Source: Chiloscyllium plagiosum (Eukaryota). From it: 64,000 nt of DNA. The stretch spans positions 13,452,543-13,516,542 of the forward strand of contig NC_057749.1 of the NCBI RefSeq assembly GCF_004010195.1. The letters are read 5' to 3'. Shown in pieces: positions 25,851-38,705 of this stretch; positions within the stretch are counted from its first letter, which is position 1, and every line of letters begins with the position of its first letter. The notes beneath the pieces were generated by a model. That model was not told the DNA's origin, ran no database searches, and worked only from the letters and a program-made list of their open reading frames with translations. Both the position numbers and the translations under genes were made by a program.

Positions 25851-27266
25851 GTGAGTACTCAACATCCCATGGTCTATCCCCCTCCCTCCACACCACAGTC
25901 TCTTCAATTCAGCTGAAATCGTGTTCCAATTTGTTGGCATTAGGAAGCTTTAGTCTCCCCTGGGCAGCAAACATCTTGTCTCTGTTGATGGAAACAAAAA
26001 GATGGGCAGCATCTTAGGGAAGTATTTGACACATAAAGAGTGACCTAAATATAGAGTAAATCCCTGGCACTGGACCATTCAGCCCCTCCACCCTATTGTG
26101 TAAACACTAATCATCTGAACACATGTCATAATCAAGGTAACACTTGTTGCCCCTGATTATGATCGAACTGAATAACAATCCTAGAATCACAGCCTAACAA
26201 AACTTACAGACTCAATCAACCATCACTACGTTAACCATTACATTAATGGGGAGGCAATGGTATTATTGCTGGACTATTAATCTAGAGATCTAGATGATGT
26301 TCTGGGGACCTGAATTCAAATCCTACCATGGCAGATGATGGAATCAGATTTCAATAAATACCTGGGATTAAGAGTCCAATGGTAAATGTGAATCTATTGC
26401 CAATCGTTGGGGAAAAACCTTCTGGTTCACTAATGCCCTTCAGGGAAGGAAACTGCCATCTTTACCTGCTCTGGCCTACATGTGACTCCAGACCCAATAG
26501 CAATGTGATTGACTCTTAACTGCCTCTCGGCAATAAATACTGGCCTGGCCAGTGACATCCCTATCCTGTGAATGAATAAACAAAGCCTGTGTGTTTTGAA
26601 GGAATGATTGCCCCATTGGCTAGATCAAGCCCCAAATGAACTTTGTCCCTTTATCAGGTATAATGTGTCCATTTTGGGAACTGTACTAACATAGAGACGA
26701 TAACTGAAGATCTGTGGAAGAGAAAGAGAAGCCATTGAAATGTTGAAGCTTAAGATTCCATCACAGACAATAAGACAAATGAGGAGGGGCCTTGAAATTG
26801 CATGAAAATAAATACTCCAAAAGGTGACACGCAGAAAAGATCTGCATTTTGGCCATTCATTGGATCAGAGCTGAAAAGCTGCAGAGATCTCTTCTAAAGG
26901 GTATTTTGGAGGGCAACAGGAAGAGGGATTGAGCGGGGTGTAGCTGGGTAACAAATGTCCTGATGAGCTGTAGAGAATGTGTGAGGGTGGCCCGAGACAG
27001 ATAAGAGTAGCACCACAAAAGGAGAGATTGGGACTAACACATGGTTATGTCTGTGGGATTTATTTGCTCTTCAGATAAGGCCCAAGTATTTAGATTGTAA
27101 TGGAACACAAGAGATCAATATAAATGTATGCTCTACAGGAATGCAGAGGAAGTTCCAGATCTTATTTCCCCTGTTAATGATCCTGGTGGTTTCCTCTGGG
27201 TTTGTTTTGGATTCTCTTGGTGATTTATTTTGAGAGAAAGAATGACGAAAGGCCACATTCCAAAAA

Positions 27267-27700
27267 TGCACTTCCACCAATGTCATTTATTGCATCTGTT
27301 GCTCCCGATGTGGTCTCTTTTACACTGGGGAGACTGGATGCTTTCTCGCAGAGTGCTTCAGGGAACATCTCCTGGACACCCGCACCGCCCCATGGCTGAA
27401 CAGTTCAACTTCTCCTCCCATTCTGTCAAGGACATGTAGGTCCAGGGCCTCCTCCACTGCTACTCCCTCACCACTCGACGCCTGGAGGAAGAACGCCTCA
27501 TCTTCCGCCTCAGAACACTTCAACCCCAGGGCATCAACGTGGACTTCACCAGTTTCCTCATTTCCCCTCCCCCCACCTTACCCCAGTTCCAAACTTCCAC
27601 AAGGTTTCCAGCTTCATTCCTGATGAAGTACTCCTGCCCGAAACGTTGACTTTCTTGCTCCTCGGATGCTGCCTGACCTGCTGTGCTTTTCCAGGACATA
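27267..27700 (+). mobile_element. Penelope-like element 3' fragment (GIY-YIG endonuclease remnant + pLTR)
   Basis: Translates as CTSTNVIYCICCSRCGLFYTGETG...FREHL...RRLEEERLIFRLRTLQPQGINVDF, followed by ctgatga...gaaacgtt at 27620. A similar remnant lies on - at ~24590-24820. Confidence 0.88.
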
Positions 27701-27719
27701 TCTAATCTTGACAACATTC

Positions 27720-28420
27720 CAAAAAGGCTTGCCGTTCTAAAGAAGGATACGGACAAATCACTGAGGGTGACAGGGCAGCCAGATAGGACAGTTAATAAAG
27801 CATACTGTGTCTTAGGTTTGCCAAAATTGAGTTACAGAGTGCGGTATCAATGACGTAAGGATAAGCCTGTATAAAGCATGGCTCAATCTCAACTGAAGAC
27901 TTGTGTCCAGTTCTTCACACATTCGAAAAGGTGTGCAGGTATTAGAGATGGTGCAGAAGAGATTCATTGACACAGTCCCAGGAGTGAGGAATTTTAGTTT
28001 TGAAGATTAGAGAAGGTAGGACTGTTTTCCCTGGAGAAAATGAAGGAAGTTTGATTGAGGTGTTCACAATCACAAGGGGTCTGGACAGAGCAGGTAGGGA
28101 GAAACCATTTCCAATTGTGGAAGGATCCAGAACCAAAAGGGCATGGATTTAAGATGATTGGCAGAAAAAGCAATGGCAACACAAAGAGAAACCTCTTCAT
28201 TTTCACACAGCAAGTGGTTAGGATCAGGAATGCAAAGCCTGAGAGTGAGGTGGAGCCCGGTTCAAACAAGACTTTCAATAGGAAATTGGATCATTGCCTG
28301 AAGAAAGAAAAGTTGCAGGACTCCAGGTGAAAGGCCAGGGATTGGTGAGTTGCTCTTGTTTAATGCCAGCATTGAGATGATAGGCTGAGTGGCCTCCTTC
28401 TGTGCTGTAACCATTCAATG
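27720..28420 (+). mobile_element. Old CR1 3' fragment
   Basis: Degenerate CR1 ORF2 C-terminus and 3' UTR (ggctgagtggcctccttctgtgctgta). Similar fragments at ~14300-14610, 17570-17815, 18050-18385, 20580-20830, 21290-21525, 34650-35060 and 49925-50330. Confidence 0.75.
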
Positions 28421-28611
28421 TTTCTAAGGTTACATGATAGGAAGGACTTTACAAAGGGGTTAAGTTTTTATGCTGGGGCCATTGTGGTATGGGACAGGCT
28501 TGCTGGATAGTTGGTGCATCCATCCCCATTCTCATCAGAAGGCAGCTATTTGGCCCTTCAAACTCATATTGGCTCTCCTCTAGAGCAAATTAGCTGTTAC
28601 TACTGCCAAGT

Positions 28612-31600
28612 TGAAATATCTGCACAGAGGCCGGTATCCTGTCACCAAGTCATCTCTTATTTACATGTGCACAGTACACTGGCGGTGGACTGCCAGCTCA
28701 GAGTCAGTCCCAGAGTTCAGGAAACTGTTTTTTTTTTCTTCTATTTTTTCTTTTCTTTTTTTTTCTTTTCTGTTTTTTTCTTTTATTTAAAAACAAGAGC
28801 AGAGTCCTTCGCTCACATTGATCCAGTTCCCTCAAAGGCAGAATCTCCTGGTTTTTTTCAAGGAACAAAACACTTCAAAATAAACCCTTCCTCCTCAATG
28901 GGAAGACACCAACAGAATCAGTCTCCTCTCCTCTCCTCTCCGCACTGATCCAGCTCCCTCAGAGGCAGAGGCAGCTCTCAGACACACCTGTTCATGTTTT
29001 TTCCCTCTGTCGTCACTGAAGTAACTCCACAGAGGCCAGTATTCCATCACCAAGTCATCCTTAACCTCCTGTCTATTTTTTTTATATATATATGCCTGCT
29101 TTATTTTTTTTTCCCCCACAGTACCGCCTAATTGCGGTAGTGCTTATTTTTCCCCAGCACCCATGGTGTGTGTGTGTGTGTAGGTGTGAAACTTCCTGTC
29201 TATTTTTTTTATTTTTATCTTTTTTTTCTTTTTATCTTTTTTTTCGTTTTTCTTTTTTTTCTCTCCATGGTGTGTGTGTGCAGGTGTGAGACACAGTGAA
29301 AGACACAAACCTCCTGTCAATTTTGTTTTTCTTTTTTTTTATCCCGAGCACCCATGGTGTGTGTGCAGGTGTGAAACACAGTGAAAGACACAAAGTGCAC
29401 GAATTTGTTATTCAATTTCCATCACCAGGAAGATAGGAAAACACCCGGGTGGCCAGGGACAAACACTGCCCTTCTCATCAATGGGCAGTGCTGTGTGATC
29501 AAAACAGTGAAGGGGAGGGGAGGGACTAAATCAAAATAGAGTTGGAGGGAGAAATAATGCACTCCACTACCTCCTGTCTATTTTTTTTCTTTTTTTTTAT
29601 TTTGGAACACTTCTGTATTTTTTTTCTTTTTCTTTTCTCTTTTTTTTTCTTTCTTTTCCCCCACACTACCACCTAAGTGCGGTTGTGCTTATTATATTTT
29701 TTTTCCCCAGCACCCATGGTGTGTGTGTGTGCGCAGGTCTGAGACACAGTGAAGGACACAAAGTGCACCAATCTTTATTCAATTTCCACCACTTGGAAGA
29801 TCGGAAAACACCCGAGTGGCCAGTGACAAACACTGCCCTTCACATCAAAGGGCAGTGCTGTGTGATCAAAAACAGTGAAGGGGAGGGTAGGGACTAAATC
29901 AAAATAGAGTTGGAGGGAGAAATAATGCACTCCACTACCTCCTGTCTATTTTTTTTTGTTCTGTTTTTTTTTCTTTTTTGCTTATTTTTTTCCCCAGCAC
30001 CCATGGTGTGTGTGTGTGTGCAGGTGTGAGACACAGTGAAAGACACAAAGTGCACCAATCTTTATTCAATTTCCACCACCAGGAAGATAGGAAAACACCC
30101 GGGTGGCCAGTGACAAACACTGCCCTTCACATCAAAGGGCAATGCAGTGCTGTGTGTTCAAAACAGTGAAGGGGAGGGTAGGGACTAAATCAAAATAGAG
30201 TTGGAGGGAGAAATAATGCACTCCACTACCTCCTGTCTATTTTTTTTTACCAGGAAGATAGGAAAACACCCGGGTGGCCAGTGACAAACATTGCCCTTCA
30301 CATCAAAGGGCAGTTTTCCCCCGTTTATTTATTTTTTTTCTCTTTTTTTTTAAATAATTTAACCCCCACACTACCACCTAAGTGCAGTAGTGCTTATTTT
30401 ATCCCCAGCACCCATGGTGTGTGTGTGCAGGTGGGAGACACAGTGAAAGACACAAAGTGCACAAATCTTTATTCAATTTCCACCACCAGGAAGATAGGAA
30501 AACACCCGGGTGGCCAGTGACAAACACTGCCCTTCACATCAAGGGGCAGTGCTGTGTGTTCAAAACAGTGAAGGGGAGGGTAGGGACTAAATCAAAATAG
30601 AGTTGGAGGGAGAAATAATGCACTCCACTGCCTCCTGTCTATTTATTTTTTAAGAGGGGCAGGCAGTCGTCCCTAAATAACTCCTGGTTATTTTTTTTTT
30701 CTCTTTTTAATAATTTAACCCCCACACTACCACCTAAGTGCGGTAGTGCTTATTTTATCCCCAGCACCCATGGTGTGTGTGTGTACAGGTGTGAGACACA
30801 GTGAAAGACACAAAGTGCACCAATCTTTATTCAATTTCCACCACCAGGAAGATAGGAAAACACCCGGGTGGCCAGTGACAAACCCTGCCCTTCACATCAA
30901 GGGGCAGTGCTGTGTGTTCAAAACAGTGAAGGGGAGGGTAGGGACTAAATCAAAATAGTGTTGGAGGGAGAAATAATGCACTCCACTACCTCCTGTCTAT
31001 TTTTTTTTCTTTTTCTTTTTTCTTTTCTTTTTATTGAAGAGACACCATTTTATTTTATTTTTTTTCTCTTCTTTTTCCCCCACACTACCACCTAAGTGCG
31101 GTAGTGCTTATTTTATCCCCAGAACCCATGGTGTGTGTGTGTGCGCAGGTGTGAGACACACTGAAAGACAAAGTGCACGAATCTTTATTCAATTTCCACC
31201 ACCAGGAAGATAGGAAAACACCCGGGTGGCCAGTGACAAGCACTGCCCTTCACATCAAGGGGCAGTGCTGTGTGTTCAAAACAGTGAAGGGGAGGGTAGG
31301 GACTAAATCAAAATAGAGTTGGAGGGAGAAATAATGCACTCCACTACCTCCTGTCTATTTTCTCTTTTTTTTCTCTTTTTCTTTTTTTTTCTTTTTGAAG
31401 ACACAAAGTGCACGAATCTTTATTCAATTTCCACCACCAGGAAGATAGGAAAACACCCGGGTGGCCAGTGACAAGCACTGCCCTTCACATCAAAGGGCAG
31501 TGACTCTTCCCTTTTTTTAATTTTTTTTTCTCTTTTTTTTTCTCTCTTTTTTTTTTAACCCCCACACTACCACCTAAGTGCGGTAGTGCTTATTTTATCC

Positions 31601-32071
31601 CCAGCACCCATGGTGTGTGTGTATACGTGTGAAACACAGTGAAGGACACAAAGTGCACGAATTTTTTATTCAATTTCTACCACCAGGAAGATAGGAAAAC
31701 ACCCGAGTGGCCAGTGACAAACACTGCCCTTCACATCAAAGGGCAGTGACTCTTCCCTTTTTTTAATTTTTTTTTCTCTTTTTTTTTCTCTCTTTTTTTT
31801 TTAACCCCCACACTACCACCTAAGACACTCCTGTTTATATTTTTTTTCTACGGGCAATTTAGCATGGCCAATTTACCTGACCTGCACATCTTTGGACTGT
31901 GGGAGGAAACCGGAGCACCCGGAGGAAACCCAATAGAGTTGGAGGGAGAAATAATGCACTCCACTACCTCCTGTCTATTTCTGTCAGTCAGTGTTTCCTG
32001 ATTGGCCCAGGTTAACAACCCCAATCAATGATCTCATAGTCAATGAGATCCATCTGGTTCTAATCACTACA
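28612..32071 (-). mobile_element. Solo LTR of the same family, split at its TATA region by a ~3.2 kb insertion stack
   Basis: LTR 5' half at 31967-32071 (tgtagtgattag...ctgacagaaatagacaggagg on -). LTR 3' half at 28612-28727 (...gacttggtgacaggataccggcctctgtgcagatatttca on -). Both align by eye to 33403-33625. Confidence 0.8.
29076..31966 (-). repeat. Tandem stack of poly(A)-tailed 3' ends of a non-LTR retrotransposon (probably Tx1 group)
   Basis: About six ~240-290 bp units plus partials. On -: VECIISPSNSILI* ORF end, 3' UTR with hairpins (cactgccc...gggcagtg; cactacc...ggtagtg), AATAAA and an A-rich tail. Units are separated by tagacaggagg. The Tx1 assignment rests on recall of similar ORF2 C-termini (also a DCLPL fragment at 30652-30672). 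Confidence 0.75.
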
Positions 32072-33402
32072 TGTATCCTTTCCCATGGCTCTGCAAATGC
32101 TTTTCCCTTCAAGTATTTATTTAATTGCCTTTGGAAAGCCAAAATTGAACTGCTCTGCACCATACTCTCAGGCAGGCTAATTCAGATCCCAACTATTGGC
32201 AGCATAAAAACAGTTTTTCTTTATGTTGTCTTTAGTTAAATCCATATTCTCTAGTTCTTGACCACTTTTGTCAATGGAAACAGTTTCTGTTACATTTCAA
32301 GTGTTACACAGTAAGAGATGTTGACTCTGCAGACAACAAGTTTATGCTAGGCTGTTTCCTGACCAAAATGCCTAATCACATCATCAAGACATCATACGAT
32401 CAGACTCCTAAAGTGATAGTTCATTATAGTTATCAAATTTACAGCAATTTCTCCTTCTTACTGTGTCCAGATGTCTTGTAGTTTCGAACACCTTGATCAC
32501 ATTGCCTCTCAACCTTCTTTAGGGACAAGAGTGTGATGCTGGAAAAGCACAGCAGGTCAGGCAGCATCTGAGGAGCAGAAAAATCAACATTTTGGGCAAA
32601 AGCCCTTCATCATCCTTCAGGGAATCAATCCACTCCTCCAATCTACCTACACAACTTTATTGTTCCCATTGTGCTTTTGCTGACTTTAATGATGTGCCTT
32701 CAAAGCTCAGCGCTGTCGAGCTATCTGATAATGGCATTACTATGTCTGTAGGGAATGAGGTAGCCAGGATTTGTATAAAGATTTAAGGTGGAATGCCTCA
32801 GGACCAAGTCAACCCTCCTGTAGGGGAGTCAGTGCTTTGATAACCGAACCAGAAAGGTTCATGTTGTGTCTGGATTACATTAACAATAAATCCACATATC
32901 TGGTTCACTAATGGAACTGCGGTGACTGGACCCATTATCACAAAACTACGATTCTTCACATTGAACCTCAAATGGTCCTACAGATCAGCTGCAGTTTACC
33001 CTCCTGACTAGAGAATCTGCACATTTCAAATGATTCATTTCCAGCACTGTTGCTGGATAAAATTGCAAGTGCCAAACCCTTACAGTGACCAAACTGAGCC
33101 TAGGCTCTTTGCACTTAAATACATGATCCATGTCCCAATAATGTGAGAGTCTGCCCTCAGTACTGGGCAAACAGAAATCATACAAGGATAAGTTTGTCAA
33201 TAATTTGGTAAGGAAATTCCTAAAAATAATGGTGCAATGTGGGAGCCACAGCAGCCAATTTTCACACAGCAAGCTTTCACAAAACAGAAATGTGAACTTG
33301 ATTTGATCATCTGCTTCAATAACATGGCTTGAAGAACAAGTATTGGCCAGGTGACCCACAGATAATCCCTGAAACAGCACTGCAGGATTTTACCTTGGTG
33401 GC

Positions 33403-33625
33403 TGTTATAATTGAAATGAAGGCCAGGTATATCTCATTGGGTGTGAGATTCCTGATTGGAGCTGTTAACCTGAGTCAACCAGGGAACCTTGGCTGACAGA
33501 TATAAATAGGAGTCTCAGCAATTGGCACTACTCTAGGGACTGGCTCTGAATTAACTGGTCAGTCTATGTACTGTAAATGAAGGGTGACTTGGTGATAGGA
33601 TACTGGCCTCTGTGGAGTTATTTCA
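33403..33625 (+). mobile_element. Short solo LTR (~220 bp, probably Gypsy-type)
   Basis: TG...CA ends, TATA-like gacagatataaataggag at ~33495-33512, 3' end gggtgacttggtgataggatactggcctctgtggagttatttca. Flanks gtggc/gtgga. Confidence 0.7.
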
Positions 33626-35966
33626 GTGGAAGACACAGCCTTGGTATAATTTGTTATCTGAAAGACGGCATCGCCAGGCTGTCCAACACTCCCTGTATTG
33701 TGCACTGACATCCTCAAAGGGAAGTTCCAGTCTATAATCTGAGGAAAGAGCATCACCACCAGCGTCACAGCTGAAAAGGATAACAACAATAAAGGGCAAA
33801 GCTTTCTCAAGAGTCAAATGAAGATTAATTCTCCGCCAATCCACATCAATTCCATAATTATTTTTCCTTTGCATCCATCATGCACTAGTTCATAACTGTC
33901 TGATGACACATGTGGTGGTTAAAAATTGAATGAAAGCTCCTTATCAATTGGCATGAAATATATTTAATATCTGGAAACATGAGGAAGACTGAACTCCAAC
34001 GTGAGAAAAGACTCTTCGGTCTTTCAACTCCAAACTATCAAAATTCCATGTCTGGTCATTAATTCATGGCCTCTCACCACCAGTAACACCTGTTCAGAGA
34101 GCATTCCCTTTCATCAAAGATGTGTCTAATAGTGTCATTAACAGCTCTCCATCTCTCCTTGGCCCTGAACAGCTATTGACCCTTTTATAAGTGACAGTAA
34201 TCCAAAATAACCATCTTCCTTTGAAGGTGTACAATGGGCTGAGGTGACTGATTTCAAGGATGTAATGTAATCTCTGGATTTGAATGTCATTTATAGAGCT
34301 GCTGCTCACAGATTCTGACAATGTCTGAATCCCTTGATTGGATTACTACTATGTAATCACTTTCAGGTATCTATTATTCTATTTATAAATCATCCGAGTT
34401 GCTTGATTAGATTACTTTTTTTTCAATTACTCACAGCATCCATTATTCCATGTTAAAATCATTTAGTCGAATGCTGCATGTAATTGCCCTGGTGTTACGT
34501 GACTAAGGTGCAGGCACCAAGCTCTGAGTCAGAGCGTTACAGATTCAAGTCACTTCTTTAGACTTGAGTACAAAAAATTCCAGGCAGCATTGAGGGAGAG
34601 CTGCATTGTCAGTGGAGCGATCTTTACGAGAGGATATTAATCCCAGGTACGGAGGGTTTATCTCATGAGGAGAGGTTGAATAGGTTGTGCCCGTACTCAT
34701 TGGAGTTTAAGAATGAGAGGCAACCTTATTGAAAAATATAAGCTTCTTACAGGCTTGCTTCCTCTTGACAGAGGGACATAATCTCAGAGTAAGGAGTCAC
34801 TCAGCTAGGACAGAAATGAGAACTTTCTTCTCTCAGAGAAAAGTAAATCTGTGAAATTGTTTACCACACATAGAGACTGGGTTGTTAAGTATATTCAAGA
34901 CTGAGCATGACAGATTTTGAATTAGTAAGGGAATCAAGGGTCATGGAGAAAAGGTAGGAAAGTGGAATTGAAGATTATCAGTTCAGCCGTGATCTCATTG
35001 AATAGCAGAGCAGACTTGATGGGCTGAGTGGTCTCCTTCTGCTCCTACAAATTATGGTCTTTGTCTACTTCCTCAGATGGACAGGAAGAATCCCTTGGCA
35101 TAATTTGAAAGTAAAGAAGTTTATTCCTCAATGCAGTTCACAAGATGAATTCTCCTGCTCATGAAAACTCAATAGGCTCAAATTGTCTGTCCCGTTTCCT
35201 GTGTTACATCAGAGACAAGACTTCAATGGGGTTTCACTGATTTGTAAAGCACGTTGAGACGTCTTGGACTAATATAAGGCCCCAGAAAAATGCAAGGGCT
35301 TTCTCCGATAGTGCTTTTGCACCCCAGATATATACTAATGATGGAGATGGTGGCATAACAATAATACCACTAGACCTTGTAATCCAGGTTAATGCTCTGG
35401 GAATATGTGCTCAAATTCCACTTTAGGAAACTGGTGGATTTGAGATTGAGGTAAAATCTGGTCTTGGTGATCCTGGCCTGGAAACTATCATTGAATGTTG
35501 TTTTAAAAACCCATTTGATTCTGTTCCTAGGGAAGGATATCTGCCATACTTACCCAATCTGGCTCACACGTGACTATAGAACCACAGCAATGTAGTCAAC
35601 TCTGAAACGGTCTGGAAAGGCACTCAATTTAAGGATCTCTGGAGATGGGCAGCAAGTGTTGGCCTTTCCAGGATTCTGTGAAAGAATAAAATGAGCATTG
35701 CAAATCTGAAACTGCTTTACACCAATATTAAATTTGGAGTGAAAATTGGGTTTCAAGGCCCTGTGCCAGTTACAAAATAAAACAGAGGGATTTCCTCCTC
35801 CAAATAGTTCCAATCCATTCTTATAAGTGGGTGTTTACAGGAGTCATAAGTTGCTTATACACACTCAATCTCAGGCTGATATCAGGTGAAATATCCTCAA
35901 CTCATTACTGCAGCTGAAATGCTTAGTGATTTTGTTTGTGGCGATAACTATGCTTGTCTTTCTTAG

Positions 35967-36571
35967 ATATGGGAATTCCAGAAGGTACCTCCCATGTTAT
36001 CACAACTGCTGCCATCGATGTCCATCTCCCCAGTTCCCTTCACAATGCCTCGTCTGACCTCTTGACGGTGGAGACGCCGGCAAAGCTCGAGAGGGTGAGC
36101 AGTTCCGTGAGCGATAATTCAGGCAGTGCCTCCAGATCTATAGACAGCACCACCACACAAGCCCAAAGCATCAGCAGCCAAACCCTGGGCTCCTCCACGG
36201 ACTGCAGCACAACTAGGGAAGCATCGTCCGAAAGCTACCTGTTGGAAAGGCCTGAGAAGGAGGCGGGAGTGCACCAGGACAAAAGGGTGGTGGTGCAGGA
36301 ACTCCTGTCCACCTTATCAGAGGATACGTGCCTGACTCAGAAGGGTCTGGACCCAGTAAACCTCAAGCTACCAAGTCCGCCTGGGTCCACTAACGCCAGC
36401 CCAGAGCTGGGACATAGGGTTAATATTTATAACAAAAAGAACCAGGACCATCTCTGTGTGCATCCAACAACGCCAGTCATCCAGATACAAGGCAACGACA
36501 TCACACTCGAAGAAAAGTACAGATTCCGGGAACCTACAGAATCTACAGTGAACAGACTGCCAGAATCTTAG
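35967..36571 (+). CDS. TMEM266: TMEM266 terminal coding exon
   Basis: Acceptor gtctttcttag|, phase 1, inside the 205-aa ORF 35954-36571 ending in TAG. Motifs TTAAIDVH, SSQTLGSSTDCSTTRE, VQELLSTLSED, LDP, PSPPGS, SPELGHRV match the recalled TMEM266 C-terminus. Confidence 0.93.
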
Positions 36572-38705
36572 TCCTCATTGTGCCCCAGAACAGCACTCCC
36601 TATGCTTCAGGCATTGGGGGTTCTTCTGATCCTGGCAATCACGGATCCATCATCGGATAGAATTCAGGAAACGGGATCCCACGTCAGGTTATAGTGAAGA
36701 ATGTTTTGCCATTGGCACCATCTCACATGCTGAGTAGATGCAAAACAGTATGACAAACAATTACTTTTTTACATTTTGAATGTGTGTCTTTCCTTTTTCT
36801 TTGTAATGTCTGTCTTGAAGTGCTGAACATGACATAATTGGAAGAATGAGCTGGGAGAAGTTGCACTCAATGGACCACAAGTCAATGAATGTTTTTGTAG
36901 TGAGATGAAGACCGTACTATTGGTTTCAGTGAGTCCTAATGGTCATGTTACTGATAGTTCAACCTACCAATTGAAGGTATTGTGGCACAGTGGTAATGTC
37001 ACTGAATTAGCAACCCAGAGGCCCATACTGAATCTCTAGAGAAATGAGTTCAAATGCCATAGGGGCAGGAGGAGGGAAATTTAAATACAGCTAATTTCTG
37101 AATATTAATACTTGTTATGAAATGCCCTTTTGTCAGGAAATTTGTTGCCCACGTGTTTCAAATGCACATCTACACTGTATACAATTGACACTTAACTGTC
37201 CATTTGTAGGTAGCTCACCACCATATTCTCAAGGGGCTTTTGGGGTAGGTAATAAATGCTGGCTTGGCCCAAAACCCCCACGTCCCATAAAGAAATTTTG
37301 AACATTTACTGTTTCTGATAATCAGCAATGCTTAACCAGTTTATGCTACTTGTAGTCATCTTTTTTTTTTAAACAGGGTATTAACCTCCAAAATCACCAT
37401 AAAATAGTTAACATGGAACATCTCACAAAAAGAGCTTTGAGTTTAACAATACAAACAGTAATATTCCAGACCCCTGGTGTTTAAATATTAAAGATTTAGA
37501 ATTGTTCCAGATGTTGGAGAAAATAGGAGTTGAGGGTTATCAGATTGGTCATCACTTCATTGAATGACAGAGTGGTTTCAATAGGCTGAATGGCCTACTT
37601 CTGCTGCTGTACCTTATGGTCTTATGGTGTGAGTTTGAAGTTAAAGGTTGGAAATGAAGGTATAATCAATCAGCATCTGATAGAGAAAACATAAAAATAA
37701 CCAGAAAAATATTGTTTTCTTTTCTCCTTTTGGAGGAAACAGACACTTGCAGAATGCTTTATTTTAAGATTTTCAAGGTTTGTGCATTTTTCTCATCTTG
37801 AAACACCAAAATGTTGTGGTGTTGGGGATGAAATATGGGCAAGAACCAATTGCTAAAAATCTCTCTTTAAAGTTGATTGAATGTCAGTACCAGCAGCGAA
37901 CAGGTCTGGGACTCAGGCCAGCCCAATAGTGAACTATTTTTTGTGTTTTAAGAGAACTACTTTTTGATGGTTGAGAACATTCTTTGTAAAACCACTTGAA
38001 GGAGCTATCCTTCAGCATACCTTGCTGTCTTTTGATTTGATTTGACTTGATTTTAATGAGGTTCGACGAGTAGTTCATTGGGGTCTCTGTAGGTACCTGA
38101 GCAAAAATAGTTGTCCCAGAAGATGACTTATTGTCCAGAGCTCTGCATCCCACTCTCAAAGTAATTCTGTTCAGAACGACTTGTCATTTAAATACTGATT
38201 CACAATACTCTAACCCTCTGATCACAATAGTGTGAAAATATAATCAAAATATTAGACTGATTAAAAAGTTAATTTGTAAGAATCCAGAGTCCTGATGTTT
38301 CCCTATTAAACAAAAGTTCAATTCAATTTTCTTTGCATTTTCTTCACACCAGTTAGGGGTTTGCTCCCCATCTGCCTTTAGATTAACAGTCCAGTTCTTG
38401 TGTGTGGGCTGTCAGTAACCCTCAAACAGGGGAAACTGATCTCCAAAGCTGTGTCTGTATTTTCCAGTCTGATTTCTCACTTGCTCATTTTACAGGGTGC
38501 TAAACTGTGAGCTGGTGACTGGAGATGTAGAAAATTTCAGAAGCAAAGTCTTTTTAATGAAAGACCAATCCTTCCCTGGTTTACTACCTTGGCCTGTGAT
38601 GCAATGGCATTATTAGTTATCAAGGTTGTTACAGACATCATCAGACTTTAAGCCCTGATTCCGCCTCTACACCAGTAGAGCAGTGAGTGGCAAATGAAGG
38701 TAAAT

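Noticed and set aside
28511..28948. 145-aa ORF with poly-Phe run
   Set aside because: Translation of LTR sequence and poly-T tracts.
29065..31977. CRISPR array interpretation of the repeat-spacer-like stack
   Set aside because: Eukaryotic intron, no cas genes, an ~11 bp repeat and long poly(A)-tailed, mostly redundant modules. Retrotransposition explains it better.
28606..32077. Target-site duplication for the split LTR
   Set aside because: The flanks (ccaagt / tgtatc) do not match, so the LTR call rests on termini and similarity to 33403-33625 only.
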